A model generated the notes under the pieces. The model ran no database searches, was not told the DNA's origin, and saw only the letters and a list, made by a program, of their open reading frames with translations. Both the position numbers and the translations under genes were made by a program. Of a stretch of 64,000 nt of DNA, positions 19,251 through 29,136 are shown one piece after another (position 1 is the first letter of the stretch; the number at the start of each line of letters is the position of its first letter). Source of the DNA: Nitrososphaeria archaeon (GTDB lineage Archaea > Thermoproteota > Nitrososphaeria > Nitrososphaerales > JACAEJ01); NCBI GenBank assembly GCA_029775925.1, contig JARVKB010000033.1, positions 10,987-74,986 of the forward strand. Direction: 5' to 3'.

Positions 19251-20165
19251 TTAGAAAGCTTGGATCTTCGTTTTTACGAAATCCAAAACATCCTCGACCT
19301 TATCATTATCAACGACTCCTGATGCAAACTCTGGCTTTCCTCCTCCTTTCCCATTAAATTTTATAGCAACTTCTTTTAAAATAGCGTTACAATCTAAATT
19401 CAAATTCGGGCTTCTACCTAGTATTAAGAAGGCTTTTTCATCTCTATTAACAAAGACGATAATGTTATTCTTTTCTTTCATCAATTCTCCAGCTTTCTCC
19501 ATCAATTTCTTATTGTCTAATCCATCAAAAATCTTCAGATAAGTTTTGATGCCATTCTTTTCTATAAATTCTATATCTTCGGCCTCTTTCTCACTCAATA
19601 GAGCAAGCCTTTTTCTTATTTTAAGAAAATCATCTTTAAGATTTTGAATAGTTCTCTTAAGTGTATCAAGAGTTGCACCAACGATCTCAGCGACTTCCAC
19701 ACATATCTTGGTAATTTCAAGAGCTTTCATCTTGGCATTCTCGCCAACATAGAACTCTATCTTAAAAAGATTCTTTCCTGCCTTTGAAAACTTTGTAACT
19801 ATGAAAAATAAGCATTCTTTTGTATTTTTAGCATGCTCTGCTCTACAAGCTGAATAATCGTACCCATCGACTTCTATTACCCTAGTTTTACCCTTGATTC
19901 TTTCTTCATAAGCTCTTAGAGATGGAAAGGCCTTTTTTGCATCTTCCAAAGAATCGAAAAAGTGCTCCTTTATTTCTTTAGCCTCGTCTATTACTTTATT
20001 CGTCATCTTTTCTGCTTCAAATATGATTTGCCAGTCTAGATACTTAGACGATACTATTACAACACCCTTTTCCCCTTCTATTTCTACTTTCTTTACCTCT
20101 ATATTTGGTACTAATCGCTTTAGACTACCCATGAACACGTGCTCAGCAGTATGAGCAATACTCAT
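19251..20165 (-). CDS. alaX: AlaX-type alanyl-tRNA editing protein with a C-terminal DHHA1/C-Ala-like domain
   Basis: HTAEH (HxxxH) at the N-terminus and CRAEH (CxxxH) zinc motifs of the AlaRS/ThrRS editing domain. C-terminal GKGGGKPEFASG resembles the AlaRS C-terminal domain. Confidence 0.7.
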   Translation of the reverse strand: MSIAHTAEHVFMGSLKRLVPNIEVKKVEIEGEKGVVIVSSKYLDWQIIFEAEKMTNKVIDEAKEIKEHFFDSLEDAKKAFPSLRAYEERIKGKTRVIEVDGYDYSACRAEHAKNTKECLFFIVTKFSKAGKNLFKIEFYVGENAKMKALEITKICVEVAEIVGATLDTLKRTIQNLKDDFLKIRKRLALLSEKEAEDIEFIEKNGIKTYLKIFDGLDNKKLMEKAGELMKEKNNIIVFVNRDEKAFLILGRSPNLNLDCNAILKEVAIKFNGKGGGKPEFASGVVDNDKVEDVLDFVKTKIQAF

Positions 20166-20380
20166 AGCAAAAATGAATAACTAGTCCTTATAATCCCTTT
20201 TCCGGGCTTCTTTTCCTACTTTGTGTATTAGTTCTATTTTGCAGATAGTTACTAAATTTATCTTAAAATTTAATAAACTTCAGAAACAAAGATAGAAGAA
20301 CGAAATTATAATATTAACGTTATCTTAAGATGTACGAATTAGATCGAGTATGTTCCGAAAAATACTTTCTTGCCAGACCT

Positions 20381-20408
20381 ATTAATGATTAGGCTTTTAA
20401 TCATTAAT
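20381..20408 (-). terminator. 11-bp perfect inverted repeat (ATTAATGATTA-6 nt-TAATCATTAAT), 15 nt downstream of the polB stop
   Basis: Read directly. Its role as a terminator or processing hairpin is inferred from position only. Confidence 0.25.
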
Positions 20409-20422
20409 ATGGGTTGTTTCCT

Positions 20423-22960
20423 TCAGGAAGTCCAAAAGAAGTCCTCTAGCTTCATTGCTCCTAATATCTCATCAAAGCTGTATCCCAAAGCATCCAATAA
20501 TTGCTCAAAAGTTCCCCTAAGATATTCAAGGTATTTTTCAATATCTATCTCCTCTATTTTAGCTAGACTTAATGGCTTTACTCCAGGAGGTGTTGTAGTC
20601 TTCACAAAAGATATTATCTCTCCAGCTTTTACTTCTTGGCCTCTGCTTATTAATAACTGAGCTGCTTTTACATGTTGGGGTGTTGTTTCTGTATACTTGC
20701 TTGGAGGTTTTCCTATCATCACATTGAAGGCCAGATCTTCTAAAGGTATCTTCCTCTCTCTTAATAAAATATACTTCTCACGAAGCTGCTTTTTTATAGC
20801 CTCTCTAGCGTTTTCAAAATCTTTATGTGACTCAACTTTACTTAAAGTTTCTATAGTCTCATAAAAGGCATTTTTTATGAATGCAGGGATATGGCTCTTC
20901 TTTCCTGTTAAGCCCTTTATGTCAACATTTCCATCTTGGAGAACTCCAAGATAATTCTTCTTTCTTTGACTAAATGCAACATATCGATAAGTTTTATCGA
21001 GATCGAGCTCTATCCCCAGCTCTTTTTCAGCCCATTCCGAAATATCTTCTACTTGCTTTTTACTAGGGCTTTCAAGAAATAATGAATCTGTATCTCCATA
21101 AACAACGTTTATGCCAAGTTCTTTACACTTTTCTATTGTTTTAGATATTACATATCTTCCAATTGCTGCGGTTGCTTCAGCTACGGGAAGACAATAAAGA
21201 GGGTAGATTTCAGATCCCATAACCCCATAAGAAGCATTTAATATCACTTTTAGAGCTTGAGCCACTATATTGTAGAGGTTTTTATCAGAGGGACTGAAAG
21301 AAGAACTCTTAGATAGAGGCTTATAGTAATTAACTCTCAAATCTCTTAAAGAGCCTATCACTAATGATGATATCCCTCTGCGCTTTTTACATACCCAATG
21401 TTCAGTTTCAGGTATCATATTTGTCCTGCAATCAGGATGAATGCAACGCACAGTTTCATAGGATAGGTTGTTTACTTTTATGATGCTGGGATACAACGAT
21501 GCAAAATCAAGAACCACTACATTAAAGTGAACGCCAGCCTTTGGTTCAACCACAAGAGCTCCTTTGTACTTTTTACCTTTTGTTATTGGTTCAGATACTG
21601 CCCCGCCTTTTTCTTCTAATTCCTCTTTCTTAGGTATCAAAGCATTTATTCTTCTATGCTCAAAGTACATCATACTCCTTATCCAATTTGATACTCCTAG
21701 TCTTGCAACATCATCTATTGGCATCTTAGCGACTCTTGATATCACTATTAACAATTTCATAAGTAGATTATCATTAAAGCTCGTTAATTTGTATGTTATC
21801 GAAGCATCTTTATGACAATATCTTGCTAGTTCATAAAGAGGCAAAGAACCTAGAGAACCCTCAAACTCGATTTTTGACTCTCCTATTAGCGCTTCACTTA
21901 CACCATTTAAAGTATGCTCGACATATTTTCCTCCGAAGGCATAAATTTGAAGGGATTTATTCATGAATGTTTTATATAGATCTATGTGTACGCCATGCTT
22001 AATATAAGCTATATCCTTTCCTAAAGATATGGGGATCTGCTCTTTAGTTAAATTGAACTTTATGGCTCTATGATACAAATAATTAAGATCGAAGTCATCC
22101 CCATTAAAAGTTATCAAAAAGGGATAATTTAACATTCTTTTAAAGACAGATAAAATTAGATCCTTTTCACTTTCAAAGAAGAAGATTTTTACATTGTCAT
22201 TTATGGCTTTATTCCCTAAATCTATATCCTTCCTCTTAAGCAAGAATACTTCGTTTATCCCATCGCTACCAACTATAGATACTGCTAAAATAGGTAGCTC
22301 AGCCTTTACAGCATCTGGAAGACGGTTTTCAGCCTCAGGTAAAACTTCTATATCCAATGCAGCACGATGCATATCTGGGAGAGGCTGGCCTAATAGCTTG
22401 GCCCATTCTATAATATGTGATTTAAAATCAGGATCCGATTTATCAAGAACCTTCTTTAAACTTTCCTCCACAGCTTTTGGAATTTCATACTCAATAGGAA
22501 TTATTCTTGAATTATTAACTTGGTAAAAAGCACCCACGATAAGTCCTTTATCATAAAGATAGTTTTCATAGTACTTTATATCGGCTTCCCATGCCTCTAT
22601 TATATTTCTTATGCTCTTTTCTGATGAAGTTCCTCCAATAGCAAGAGGGTCTGCAACAACGATCTTTGTCAAATTAACAATATTATCTCTTAATAAATCC
22701 ATTTTCTCTTCTGATATAAGATCGATAACGTCTGATCTACTTTTTAGATCCTTGAGCTTTTCTATTGGTAATTTTGAATAGCAATAAGGCTTATGCCCCG
22801 TATCGTCATACCAAAGGTAAATTCTTTGAGTTTTAGAATCATAGAACTTAAGCACAGCAACCTTGGCATCGCTATCATAAACAGCTGAAATAAGGAGCGA
22901 AGGAGGAATATTTGGATTATGCTCTAATAATTTCCTTAATTTATTTTCATACTCGCTCAA
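20423..22960 (-). CDS. polB: Family B DNA polymerase
   Basis: Exo I ALDIEV, Exo II FNGDDFDLNYL, Exo III YCHKDASITY, Pol A DFASLYPSII, Pol B KVILNASYGVMG, Pol C YGDTDSLF. No intein. TTG start. Confidence 0.95.
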   Translation of the reverse strand: MSEYENKLRKLLEHNPNIPPSLLISAVYDSDAKVAVLKFYDSKTQRIYLWYDDTGHKPYCYSKLPIEKLKDLKSRSDVIDLISEEKMDLLRDNIVNLTKIVVADPLAIGGTSSEKSIRNIIEAWEADIKYYENYLYDKGLIVGAFYQVNNSRIIPIEYEIPKAVEESLKKVLDKSDPDFKSHIIEWAKLLGQPLPDMHRAALDIEVLPEAENRLPDAVKAELPILAVSIVGSDGINEVFLLKRKDIDLGNKAINDNVKIFFFESEKDLILSVFKRMLNYPFLITFNGDDFDLNYLYHRAIKFNLTKEQIPISLGKDIAYIKHGVHIDLYKTFMNKSLQIYAFGGKYVEHTLNGVSEALIGESKIEFEGSLGSLPLYELARYCHKDASITYKLTSFNDNLLMKLLIVISRVAKMPIDDVARLGVSNWIRSMMYFEHRRINALIPKKEELEEKGGAVSEPITKGKKYKGALVVEPKAGVHFNVVVLDFASLYPSIIKVNNLSYETVRCIHPDCRTNMIPETEHWVCKKRRGISSLVIGSLRDLRVNYYKPLSKSSSFSPSDKNLYNIVAQALKVILNASYGVMGSEIYPLYCLPVAEATAAIGRYVISKTIEKCKELGINVVYGDTDSLFLESPSKKQVEDISEWAEKELGIELDLDKTYRYVAFSQRKKNYLGVLQDGNVDIKGLTGKKSHIPAFIKNAFYETIETLSKVESHKDFENAREAIKKQLREKYILLRERKIPLEDLAFNVMIGKPPSKYTETTPQHVKAAQLLISRGQEVKAGEIISFVKTTTPPGVKPLSLAKIEEIDIEKYLEYLRGTFEQLLDALGYSFDEILGAMKLEDFFWTS

Positions 22961-23178
22961 AATGCTCTACCAATATTTAACAATGGTAATTGAATTAATA
23001 AATTAATCTAAATGGCGTTTTCCAAATTTGTTAGAATTATAGAAGGAGTGTGTGATTAAAATTGAAAGATAAAGGGATTGATTCTCCAAGAATTTACTAT
23101 AAGTAAACTCGTTATAGCTTGAATTTTTCAAAATCTGGAAGCAAGAAAATAAGATGAAGAAATTATATATTAGAAAGC

Positions 23179-23253
23179 TTTAAAGAACCTTCTCTTGTAT
23201 GAAGAACTATAAAATCATGAATATTTATATCAAAAAATTTTTAAAGACCTTCT
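23179..23253. repeat. Direct repeat TTTAAAGA(A)CCTTCT, two copies (23179-23193 and 23240-23253), upstream of the lrp-family gene
   Basis: Read directly. The copies differ by one A. Each contains the palindromic core CTTTAAAG or TTTAAA. Confidence 0.5.
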
Positions 23254-23343
23254 AAATAGAATTTTTGCAATATAAATCTAAATACATATTCGTGCAAATT
23301 ATATATATGCGAACCATATAAAATAATCGGTGTTTAATCTCTT

Positions 23344-23784
23344 TTGTTAGATGAAGTAGATAAGAAAATTTTATCCGAATATCTTAAGGATGCGAGATCA
23401 TCTTTTAGAGAAGTAGCCAGTAAGATAGGTGTTGCTGTAGGAACGGTCCTTTCTAGAGTTAGAAAGATGGAGAAGGAAGGGTTGATAAAGGGATACTCAG
23501 TAATACTCGATCATGAGAAGTTGGGCTATGAATTGACAGCCATAACAGAGATAACCGTATCAAAAGGGAAACTTCTTGAAATGGAAAAAGAGATAGCAAA
23601 GTTTCCAAATATATGCGCAGTTTATGATGTAACAGGATTAACTGATGCTATTATAATAGCAAAATTTCATAATAGGGAAGAGTTAAGCAAGTTTACAAAA
23701 GCCCTTTTAGGAATGCCTTTTGTAGAAAGGACTAATACTCACATAGTTTTAACAACAGTTAAAGAAGACTTTAGGTTAATCTGA
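23344..23784 (+). CDS. Lrp/AsnC-family transcriptional regulator
   Basis: N-terminal HTH (LDEVDKKILSEYLKDARSSFREVASKIGVAVGTVLSRVRKMEKEGLIKGY) plus a C-terminal RAM/AsnC domain. TTG start. Confidence 0.9.
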   Translation: MLDEVDKKILSEYLKDARSSFREVASKIGVAVGTVLSRVRKMEKEGLIKGYSVILDHEKLGYELTAITEITVSKGKLLEMEKEIAKFPNICAVYDVTGLTDAIIIAKFHNREELSKFTKALLGMPFVERTNTHIVLTTVKEDFRLI

Positions 23785-23789
23785 TGGTT

Positions 23790-24254
23790 TCAAGAGCTTT
23801 GATGAAGTTTTATCCACCATTTTGGTACACGAGCTTTTGAGGCTAAATCTAAAGGATCGTAGGGCTTGATATCTATGATAGGAGTGCCATTTATTGCATC
23901 TAATCCCTTTACCTTTATTTTATTTCCATCTTTTTTTATCAATTCGACAAGTGTGAGACCTAAAGGATTTGGTCTATAAGGAGATCTAGTAGCAAAAACA
24001 CCTATTAAAGGTAAATCTTTCCTTCCCTTCGGATGAATTTTAAGGCTTATCTTCTCAGCAACTGTTTTATGCATATAAAATATTATGAATATATGGGAAA
24101 ATTCTTCTATGCCATCTAAAGCCTCTGTTAAATCTTCTGATATTACTATTTCTGATAATACATTCTTACTATCCTTTCTTATTGTTTCCTCGTCAGCATC
24201 CGTTTTCACATAACCTATAGGTTTAAGGCAAAATTCTTTCATCTTGTTTCCCAA
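23790..24254 (-). CDS. trmO: TsaA/TrmO-family (YaeB-like) SAM-dependent tRNA methyltransferase
   Basis: PIGYVKT.., RPNPLGLTLVEL and GTPIIDIKPY motifs of the TsaA-like domain. Confidence 0.8.
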   Translation of the reverse strand: MGNKMKEFCLKPIGYVKTDADEETIRKDSKNVLSEIVISEDLTEALDGIEEFSHIFIIFYMHKTVAEKISLKIHPKGRKDLPLIGVFATRSPYRPNPLGLTLVELIKKDGNKIKVKGLDAINGTPIIDIKPYDPLDLASKARVPKWWIKLHQSS

Positions 24255-24436
24255 TTTTATAAACGGTAGATTTTATTTTTATAACTATATTTAACATTAA
24301 GGGTAGTGTACTTTTTGATAAGTAATAGTATCTTCAAACGTTTTTTGAATGATTATTGGTATGTGCTAGCTCACTTGCAAATTATCTGTCTAAAGCTTAA
24401 TATTGATTGATGAGGTGGAGTATAAAGAGAAGAATA

Positions 24437-24460
24437 ATCATTTTGAATAGTCAAAATGAT
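24437..24460. promoter_or_regulatory. 9-bp inverted repeat ATCATTTTG-6 nt-CAAAATGAT in the divergent trmO/orf82 intergenic region
   Basis: Read directly. Any operator role is only inferred from symmetry and position. Confidence 0.25.
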
Positions 24461-24532
24461 ATAAATTTAAGCCTAGACTAGTTAACAATTTACTTTATAT
24501 TTAAAAGAATCATATTAAAATATGATAATTTA

Positions 24533-24781
24533 ATGACAAATCAGCCAAAGTATTTCGTTAAAGTCTCTCAAAGAGAGAAAGCTTTCAATGTATCAAAAGA
24601 AATTACATTGAGTCTAAAAGGAGTTATAAGTGGTAAGATGATCACTAAAATGAAGTATGAATCAGTTCAGTGCCCTGTAATAAAAGAGGAAGTACCTTTC
24701 TTAGAATGCTTCGTTTGTGAATCTTTTTTGAGGAGAATAAAAGGGGAAGTTCAGTGCACTGGGTTAAAAGGTCCTAGGTAG
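24533..24781 (+). CDS. Hypothetical small protein (82 aa) with scattered Cys
   Basis: ORF only; no family recognised. Confidence 0.35.
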   Translation: MTNQPKYFVKVSQREKAFNVSKEITLSLKGVISGKMITKMKYESVQCPVIKEEVPFLECFVCESFLRRIKGEVQCTGLKGPR

Positions 24782-24836
24782 ATAAGATCCAAAATTATAA
24801 AAGATAGCCTACTAAATTTATGTGAGGAATTAGTTA

Positions 24837-26273
24837 ATGAGCCTAAACAATATAAAATCTTTCTTTGAACCGTCATCAGTAGCTGTGATAGGTGCCTCCC
24901 AAATTATAACAAAGGTTGGTTATGTTGTTTTACATAACCTTCTAATGAACAAGAAAAAATTGATATTCAATGGGGATATTTATCCAGTTAATCCAAAATA
25001 TTCTGAAGTTTTAGGTGTGAAGTGCTATCCATCTTTAAAAAGCATCGGTAAAAATGTAGAGACGATCATAATAGCAGTTCCTGCGCAAATAGTTCCTAAT
25101 GTTATGGAAGAAGCTGCATCGATAGGAGTCAAAGCAGCAATAATAATCTCATCTGGTTTCAGTGAAGTAGGGAATGTGAAACTTGAGGAAGAAGTTAAAA
25201 GAATAGGGTTAAGATCAGGGATAAGAATAATAGGCCCGAATTGTTTAGGGGTTTACGATCCTTATTCGGGTATGGACACTCTCTTTTTGCCCGAAGTTAA
25301 AACATTGTCTAGCGGTAGGGAAGTTGTAGCAACTCCAAGACCCTTTCCAGGCTCTATCGTGCTGATAAGTCAGAGTGGTGCCTTTGGAGCTGCCGCATTA
25401 GATTATATGGCTGGTCATGGTATTGGGGTGAGGTGCTTCATAAGCCTTGGGAATAGATGTGATGTGGCCGAGCATGAACTTTTACTTTACTTTGCTGAGG
25501 ATAAGAAGACAAAAGTCAACCTTTTATATATAGAAGGTATAGGCAAAGGCAGAGAATTTTTTGAAACTTCAAAAGAAATCACGAAATCTAAGCCTATAGT
25601 TGCCTTAAAAGCAGGAAAGACCGGAGCTGGTGCTAGAGCCGCTTCATCGCATACTGGTGCATTAAGCGGAATAGATGAGATTTATGGTGCAGTCTTTAAG
25701 CAAAGTGGAATAGTAAGAGCAATGAATTTAGAAGAACTTTTTGATATGGGTAGAGCCTTAAACCTACAGCCACCAGCCCACGGTAAAAAAGTAGCGATAC
25801 TTACAAATGGTGGAGGTCCTGGTATCGTAGCTGCAGATACTTGCGAAGAATCCGGACTTTCTGTTATTAAACTTTCTGAGGACGTGATAAATAAATTTGA
25901 GGATTTGAAGGAAAAAGGCGAATTACTTCCTATAATAGCTAACTCAAATCCAGTAGATCTTACAGCCCTTGCTACTAGTGATATGTATATCAAAGCTCTT
26001 AAGATATTACTTAATGATGAAAATATAGATGGCGTGCTAGTAATCACATTACCCCAAACGCCTTCTATCCTTGATGATGTCATAGAGAAGATCGCTGATG
26101 TAGCAATGAAACAGAAAAAACCGGTTGTTTCTTGTGTTATGGGCGGGACAGAAATGGCAGAGGAATTTAGGGTTAGGTTTGAAAAAATTGGCATCCCTTC
26201 ATATTCTATGCCTGAGAGGGCTGCAAGGGCAATTTACAGTCTTATGGAGTATGGAGTACACCTGGGCAAGTAG
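24837..26273 (+). CDS. acdA: ADP-forming acetyl-CoA synthetase alpha subunit (CoA-binding, succinyl-CoA-ligase-like)
   Basis: N-terminal CoA-binding SVAVIGAS, GPNCLG, and a phosphohistidine loop AASSHTGALSG. Confidence 0.85.
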   Translation: MSLNNIKSFFEPSSVAVIGASQIITKVGYVVLHNLLMNKKKLIFNGDIYPVNPKYSEVLGVKCYPSLKSIGKNVETIIIAVPAQIVPNVMEEAASIGVKAAIIISSGFSEVGNVKLEEEVKRIGLRSGIRIIGPNCLGVYDPYSGMDTLFLPEVKTLSSGREVVATPRPFPGSIVLISQSGAFGAAALDYMAGHGIGVRCFISLGNRCDVAEHELLLYFAEDKKTKVNLLYIEGIGKGREFFETSKEITKSKPIVALKAGKTGAGARAASSHTGALSGIDEIYGAVFKQSGIVRAMNLEELFDMGRALNLQPPAHGKKVAILTNGGGPGIVAADTCEESGLSVIKLSEDVINKFEDLKEKGELLPIIANSNPVDLTALATSDMYIKALKILLNDENIDGVLVITLPQTPSILDDVIEKIADVAMKQKKPVVSCVMGGTEMAEEFRVRFEKIGIPSYSMPERAARAIYSLMEYGVHLGK

Positions 26274-26287
26274 ATCGATTAAGCAGT

Positions 26288-27562
26288 TTATATAAAATCA
26301 TCCAAATTCTTTACTTCTTTTTGATTATGCTCGCCTCTTCCTTCATCTTTACATAAATCAAATACAGGTCTTCCATACACCCCGTCATACCCCGCTATGA
26401 AATTTACCTTTCCCTCTCTAATTTTTATTATTGCATTTGCAATTTTTGCATTTGTTACCTTTAATAGTTCATCCCTCTCAACATTGAGCAATACATTTAA
26501 TTCGTTTCCAAACCTCGCTATTAGCTTGTCTTGTTCTTCTAAAACCTTCTTTGAGTAAAGTTGATCTATTTCCATAACATAAGATATTATCTCATATAGT
26601 GGTAACAAAGATTTATATGGTATTGCATCTTTTAATACAAAACCTTCTGGTCTATCTGCTAATTCTTCAACCCTTTGCAAAACGCCTATGGTCAATTTCC
26701 TGCCACATTTCGGGCATTTATTGTTGAACTTTATGGCATCTTTAGGATGTAAAGATACACTACAATTCCTATGCCCTGTATAGTGGTACTTCCCATATTC
26801 GGGCGGAACTTCGACTGTGAATAAGAATCTTTTTCTATCCTTCTTCTTTATAGCATCTATTATCTCATAGTATGATATTTTTTTAAGATCGAATACATTA
26901 AACTCTCTTCCTAATCTCCAAATCCAAGGGCTATGAGCATCCGAATTGCTCATAAGGCAGAAATTATCAAGCTTACTTAGCCTCCAATTCATGGGAGGGT
27001 CTGAAGAAAGCCCGGTCTCTATTGCATATATGTGCTTAGTCATATCTTCATAACATTCATCTATAGAATCGAATCCAGAGAAAGCTCCAAACAAGCTCCA
27101 CCAAGTAGTCCAAGCATGAGAAGGTATTATTAAAGTATCATCACACACACTCATCAATATCTCGACAAGTTCTGGCGATGATAGATTATTGAATAAAGGC
27201 CTGCCGTCTGAAGATAAATCTCCTTTTTTTGATAATATATCTACAATTTGATCTGCGACATCAAAGCTTGGTACATGAATCATGTGATGTATCTTTCTTA
27301 TTTTGCCTTTTTTCTCATAAACTGTACTAACTTCTGCGGTTATCATCCAATATATGTCATTATATTTGAATAAACCACTATCGTCTAAAGACTCCAGTTT
27401 TTCCTTCAATTCTCTCATCCAATTAGGATGAGTAAAGTCTCCAGTGCCTAATAGATTCAATCCTTTCATCTTTGCGTTTTTGCTTAATTCATCTAAATTC
27501 ATGTGTTTACTAGTTGCTCTGCTAAGATAACTGTGAATATGAAAGTCAGCGAATATCTTCAT
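26288..27562 (-). CDS. endoQ: Endonuclease Q (PHP-domain nuclease acting 5' of deaminated bases)
   Basis: ADFHIHS PHP start, KGLNLLGTGD, SNSDAHSP..RLGREFN, GKYH and a CPKCGRK zinc finger. The 424-aa length matches the Pyrococcus enzyme as I recall it. Confidence 0.8.
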   Translation of the reverse strand: MKIFADFHIHSYLSRATSKHMNLDELSKNAKMKGLNLLGTGDFTHPNWMRELKEKLESLDDSGLFKYNDIYWMITAEVSTVYEKKGKIRKIHHMIHVPSFDVADQIVDILSKKGDLSSDGRPLFNNLSSPELVEILMSVCDDTLIIPSHAWTTWWSLFGAFSGFDSIDECYEDMTKHIYAIETGLSSDPPMNWRLSKLDNFCLMSNSDAHSPWIWRLGREFNVFDLKKISYYEIIDAIKKKDRKRFLFTVEVPPEYGKYHYTGHRNCSVSLHPKDAIKFNNKCPKCGRKLTIGVLQRVEELADRPEGFVLKDAIPYKSLLPLYEIISYVMEIDQLYSKKVLEEQDKLIARFGNELNVLLNVERDELLKVTNAKIANAIIKIREGKVNFIAGYDGVYGRPVFDLCKDEGRGEHNQKEVKNLDDFI

Positions 27563-27649
27563 TAAGGTTCCTTTTTGTTTACATTTTAATTATGGAATTT
27601 AAATCTTTATGGTTAAGAATTAAGGTTAATATTACCATCAACCTTTGGC

Positions 27650-29110
27650 ATGATGATCGAGATGAATATTGAGGCGCCCCTTAAGAAAAAGAAAGAGAAT
27701 TTCAGTGAATGGTTCGACGATGTGTTACAAAGAGCTGAGTTAGTTGATATTCGCTATAATGTGAAGGGCTTCGTAGTCTACAGACCTAATATAATGTTTA
27801 TAATCAAAAGAGTCTATGAAATCTTAGAGAATCTTCTTATAGAGAAAGGTCATAAACCAGCTCTTTTCCCTATTGTAATCCCGGTCTCTAATTTTAGAAA
27901 GGAGAGTGAGCATATAAAGGGTTTTGAAAGAGAAGTATTCAAGATAAATGAAGCAGGTGGCAAAGAGCTTGAGGAGGAATTGATACTTCGCCCAACTTCT
28001 GAAACTGCGATCTATCCTATGTTTGCTCTATGGATAAGAAGCTACAAGGATCTACCTATGAAAATATTTCAGTCAGTTTCTGTTTACAGATACGAAACAA
28101 AAGCGACTAGACCTCTTCTTAGAGGGAGAGAATTTCTTTGGATAGAAGCTCATTGTGCATTTACTGATGAGGAGAGTGCAAGAAATCAAGTAAAGGAAGA
28201 TTTGGAAATTACAAAAAGAGCTTTTCACGAATTCGGTTTACCTTTTTTGATGGTGGAAAGGGAGCCTTACGATAAATTTTTTGGAGCTGTAGATTCTTAT
28301 GCCTTTGATACTCTTTTACCTGATGGTAGAGTTTTACAAGTGGCTACAACCCATTACTTAGGTCAAAACTTCTCTAATCCTAATGTATTTGATATAAAAT
28401 TTACTGATAAAGATGGTATTAAGAAAAATGTTTATCAAACCTGCTACGGACCAGGGGTATCAAGGATAGTCGCTGCTATGATAAGCGTTCATGGAGATGA
28501 ATATGGTTTAGTTTTACCCTTTAATGTAGCTCCTTTTCAAATCGTTATTATCCCAATACTTAAAGCCGGTAAGGAAGATGCAATAATGGAGAAAGCAAGA
28601 ATTATAAATCAAAATTTATTGAAAGCAGGTTTTAGAACAATACTAGATGAGTCTAATGAAAGACCTGGAGAAAAGTACTATAAATGGGAAATGCTAGGAG
28701 TACCTATAAGAATTGAGATAGGAGATGAAGAAGTCGGAAAGGGCTTTGTTACAATTTTTAGGCGAGATTTAAGATCAAGAAAAAAAATCAAGGATGAAGA
28801 TATTATTGATAATATTTTGAATCTTAAGGATCTAATCCATGAAGAATTGGAGAAAAGAGCATGGGATGAATTTAACTCTTCCATAACATCGATAAACAGC
28901 AAAGAAGAATTAATGAGGAAAAGCAAGAAGGCTAAGATCGTAAGAGCTTCTTTCTGTGGAAGAAAGGAATGTGCAGATGAAATAAAGGCTGAAACAGAGG
29001 GATTAGAAGTTAGAGGAAGAAGAATAGACATTAAAGAAACTCCTTCAGATAAATGCTTTTGGTGTGGTAAAAAAGCCACTCATATAGTCTATCTTGCAAA
29101 GGCATATTAA
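27650..29110 (+). CDS. proS: Proline--tRNA ligase (archaeal/eukaryotic type)
   Basis: Class II motifs (LRPTSET, FRYE..RPLLRGREF, GPGVSR) and a C-terminal Cys-containing domain ending YLAKAY. Confidence 0.95.
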   Translation: MMIEMNIEAPLKKKKENFSEWFDDVLQRAELVDIRYNVKGFVVYRPNIMFIIKRVYEILENLLIEKGHKPALFPIVIPVSNFRKESEHIKGFEREVFKINEAGGKELEEELILRPTSETAIYPMFALWIRSYKDLPMKIFQSVSVYRYETKATRPLLRGREFLWIEAHCAFTDEESARNQVKEDLEITKRAFHEFGLPFLMVEREPYDKFFGAVDSYAFDTLLPDGRVLQVATTHYLGQNFSNPNVFDIKFTDKDGIKKNVYQTCYGPGVSRIVAAMISVHGDEYGLVLPFNVAPFQIVIIPILKAGKEDAIMEKARIINQNLLKAGFRTILDESNERPGEKYYKWEMLGVPIRIEIGDEEVGKGFVTIFRRDLRSRKKIKDEDIIDNILNLKDLIHEELEKRAWDEFNSSITSINSKEELMRKSKKAKIVRASFCGRKECADEIKAETEGLEVRGRRIDIKETPSDKCFWCGKKATHIVYLAKAY

Positions 29111-29136
29111 ATGATTCAAACCATAGGTTAAGAAAG

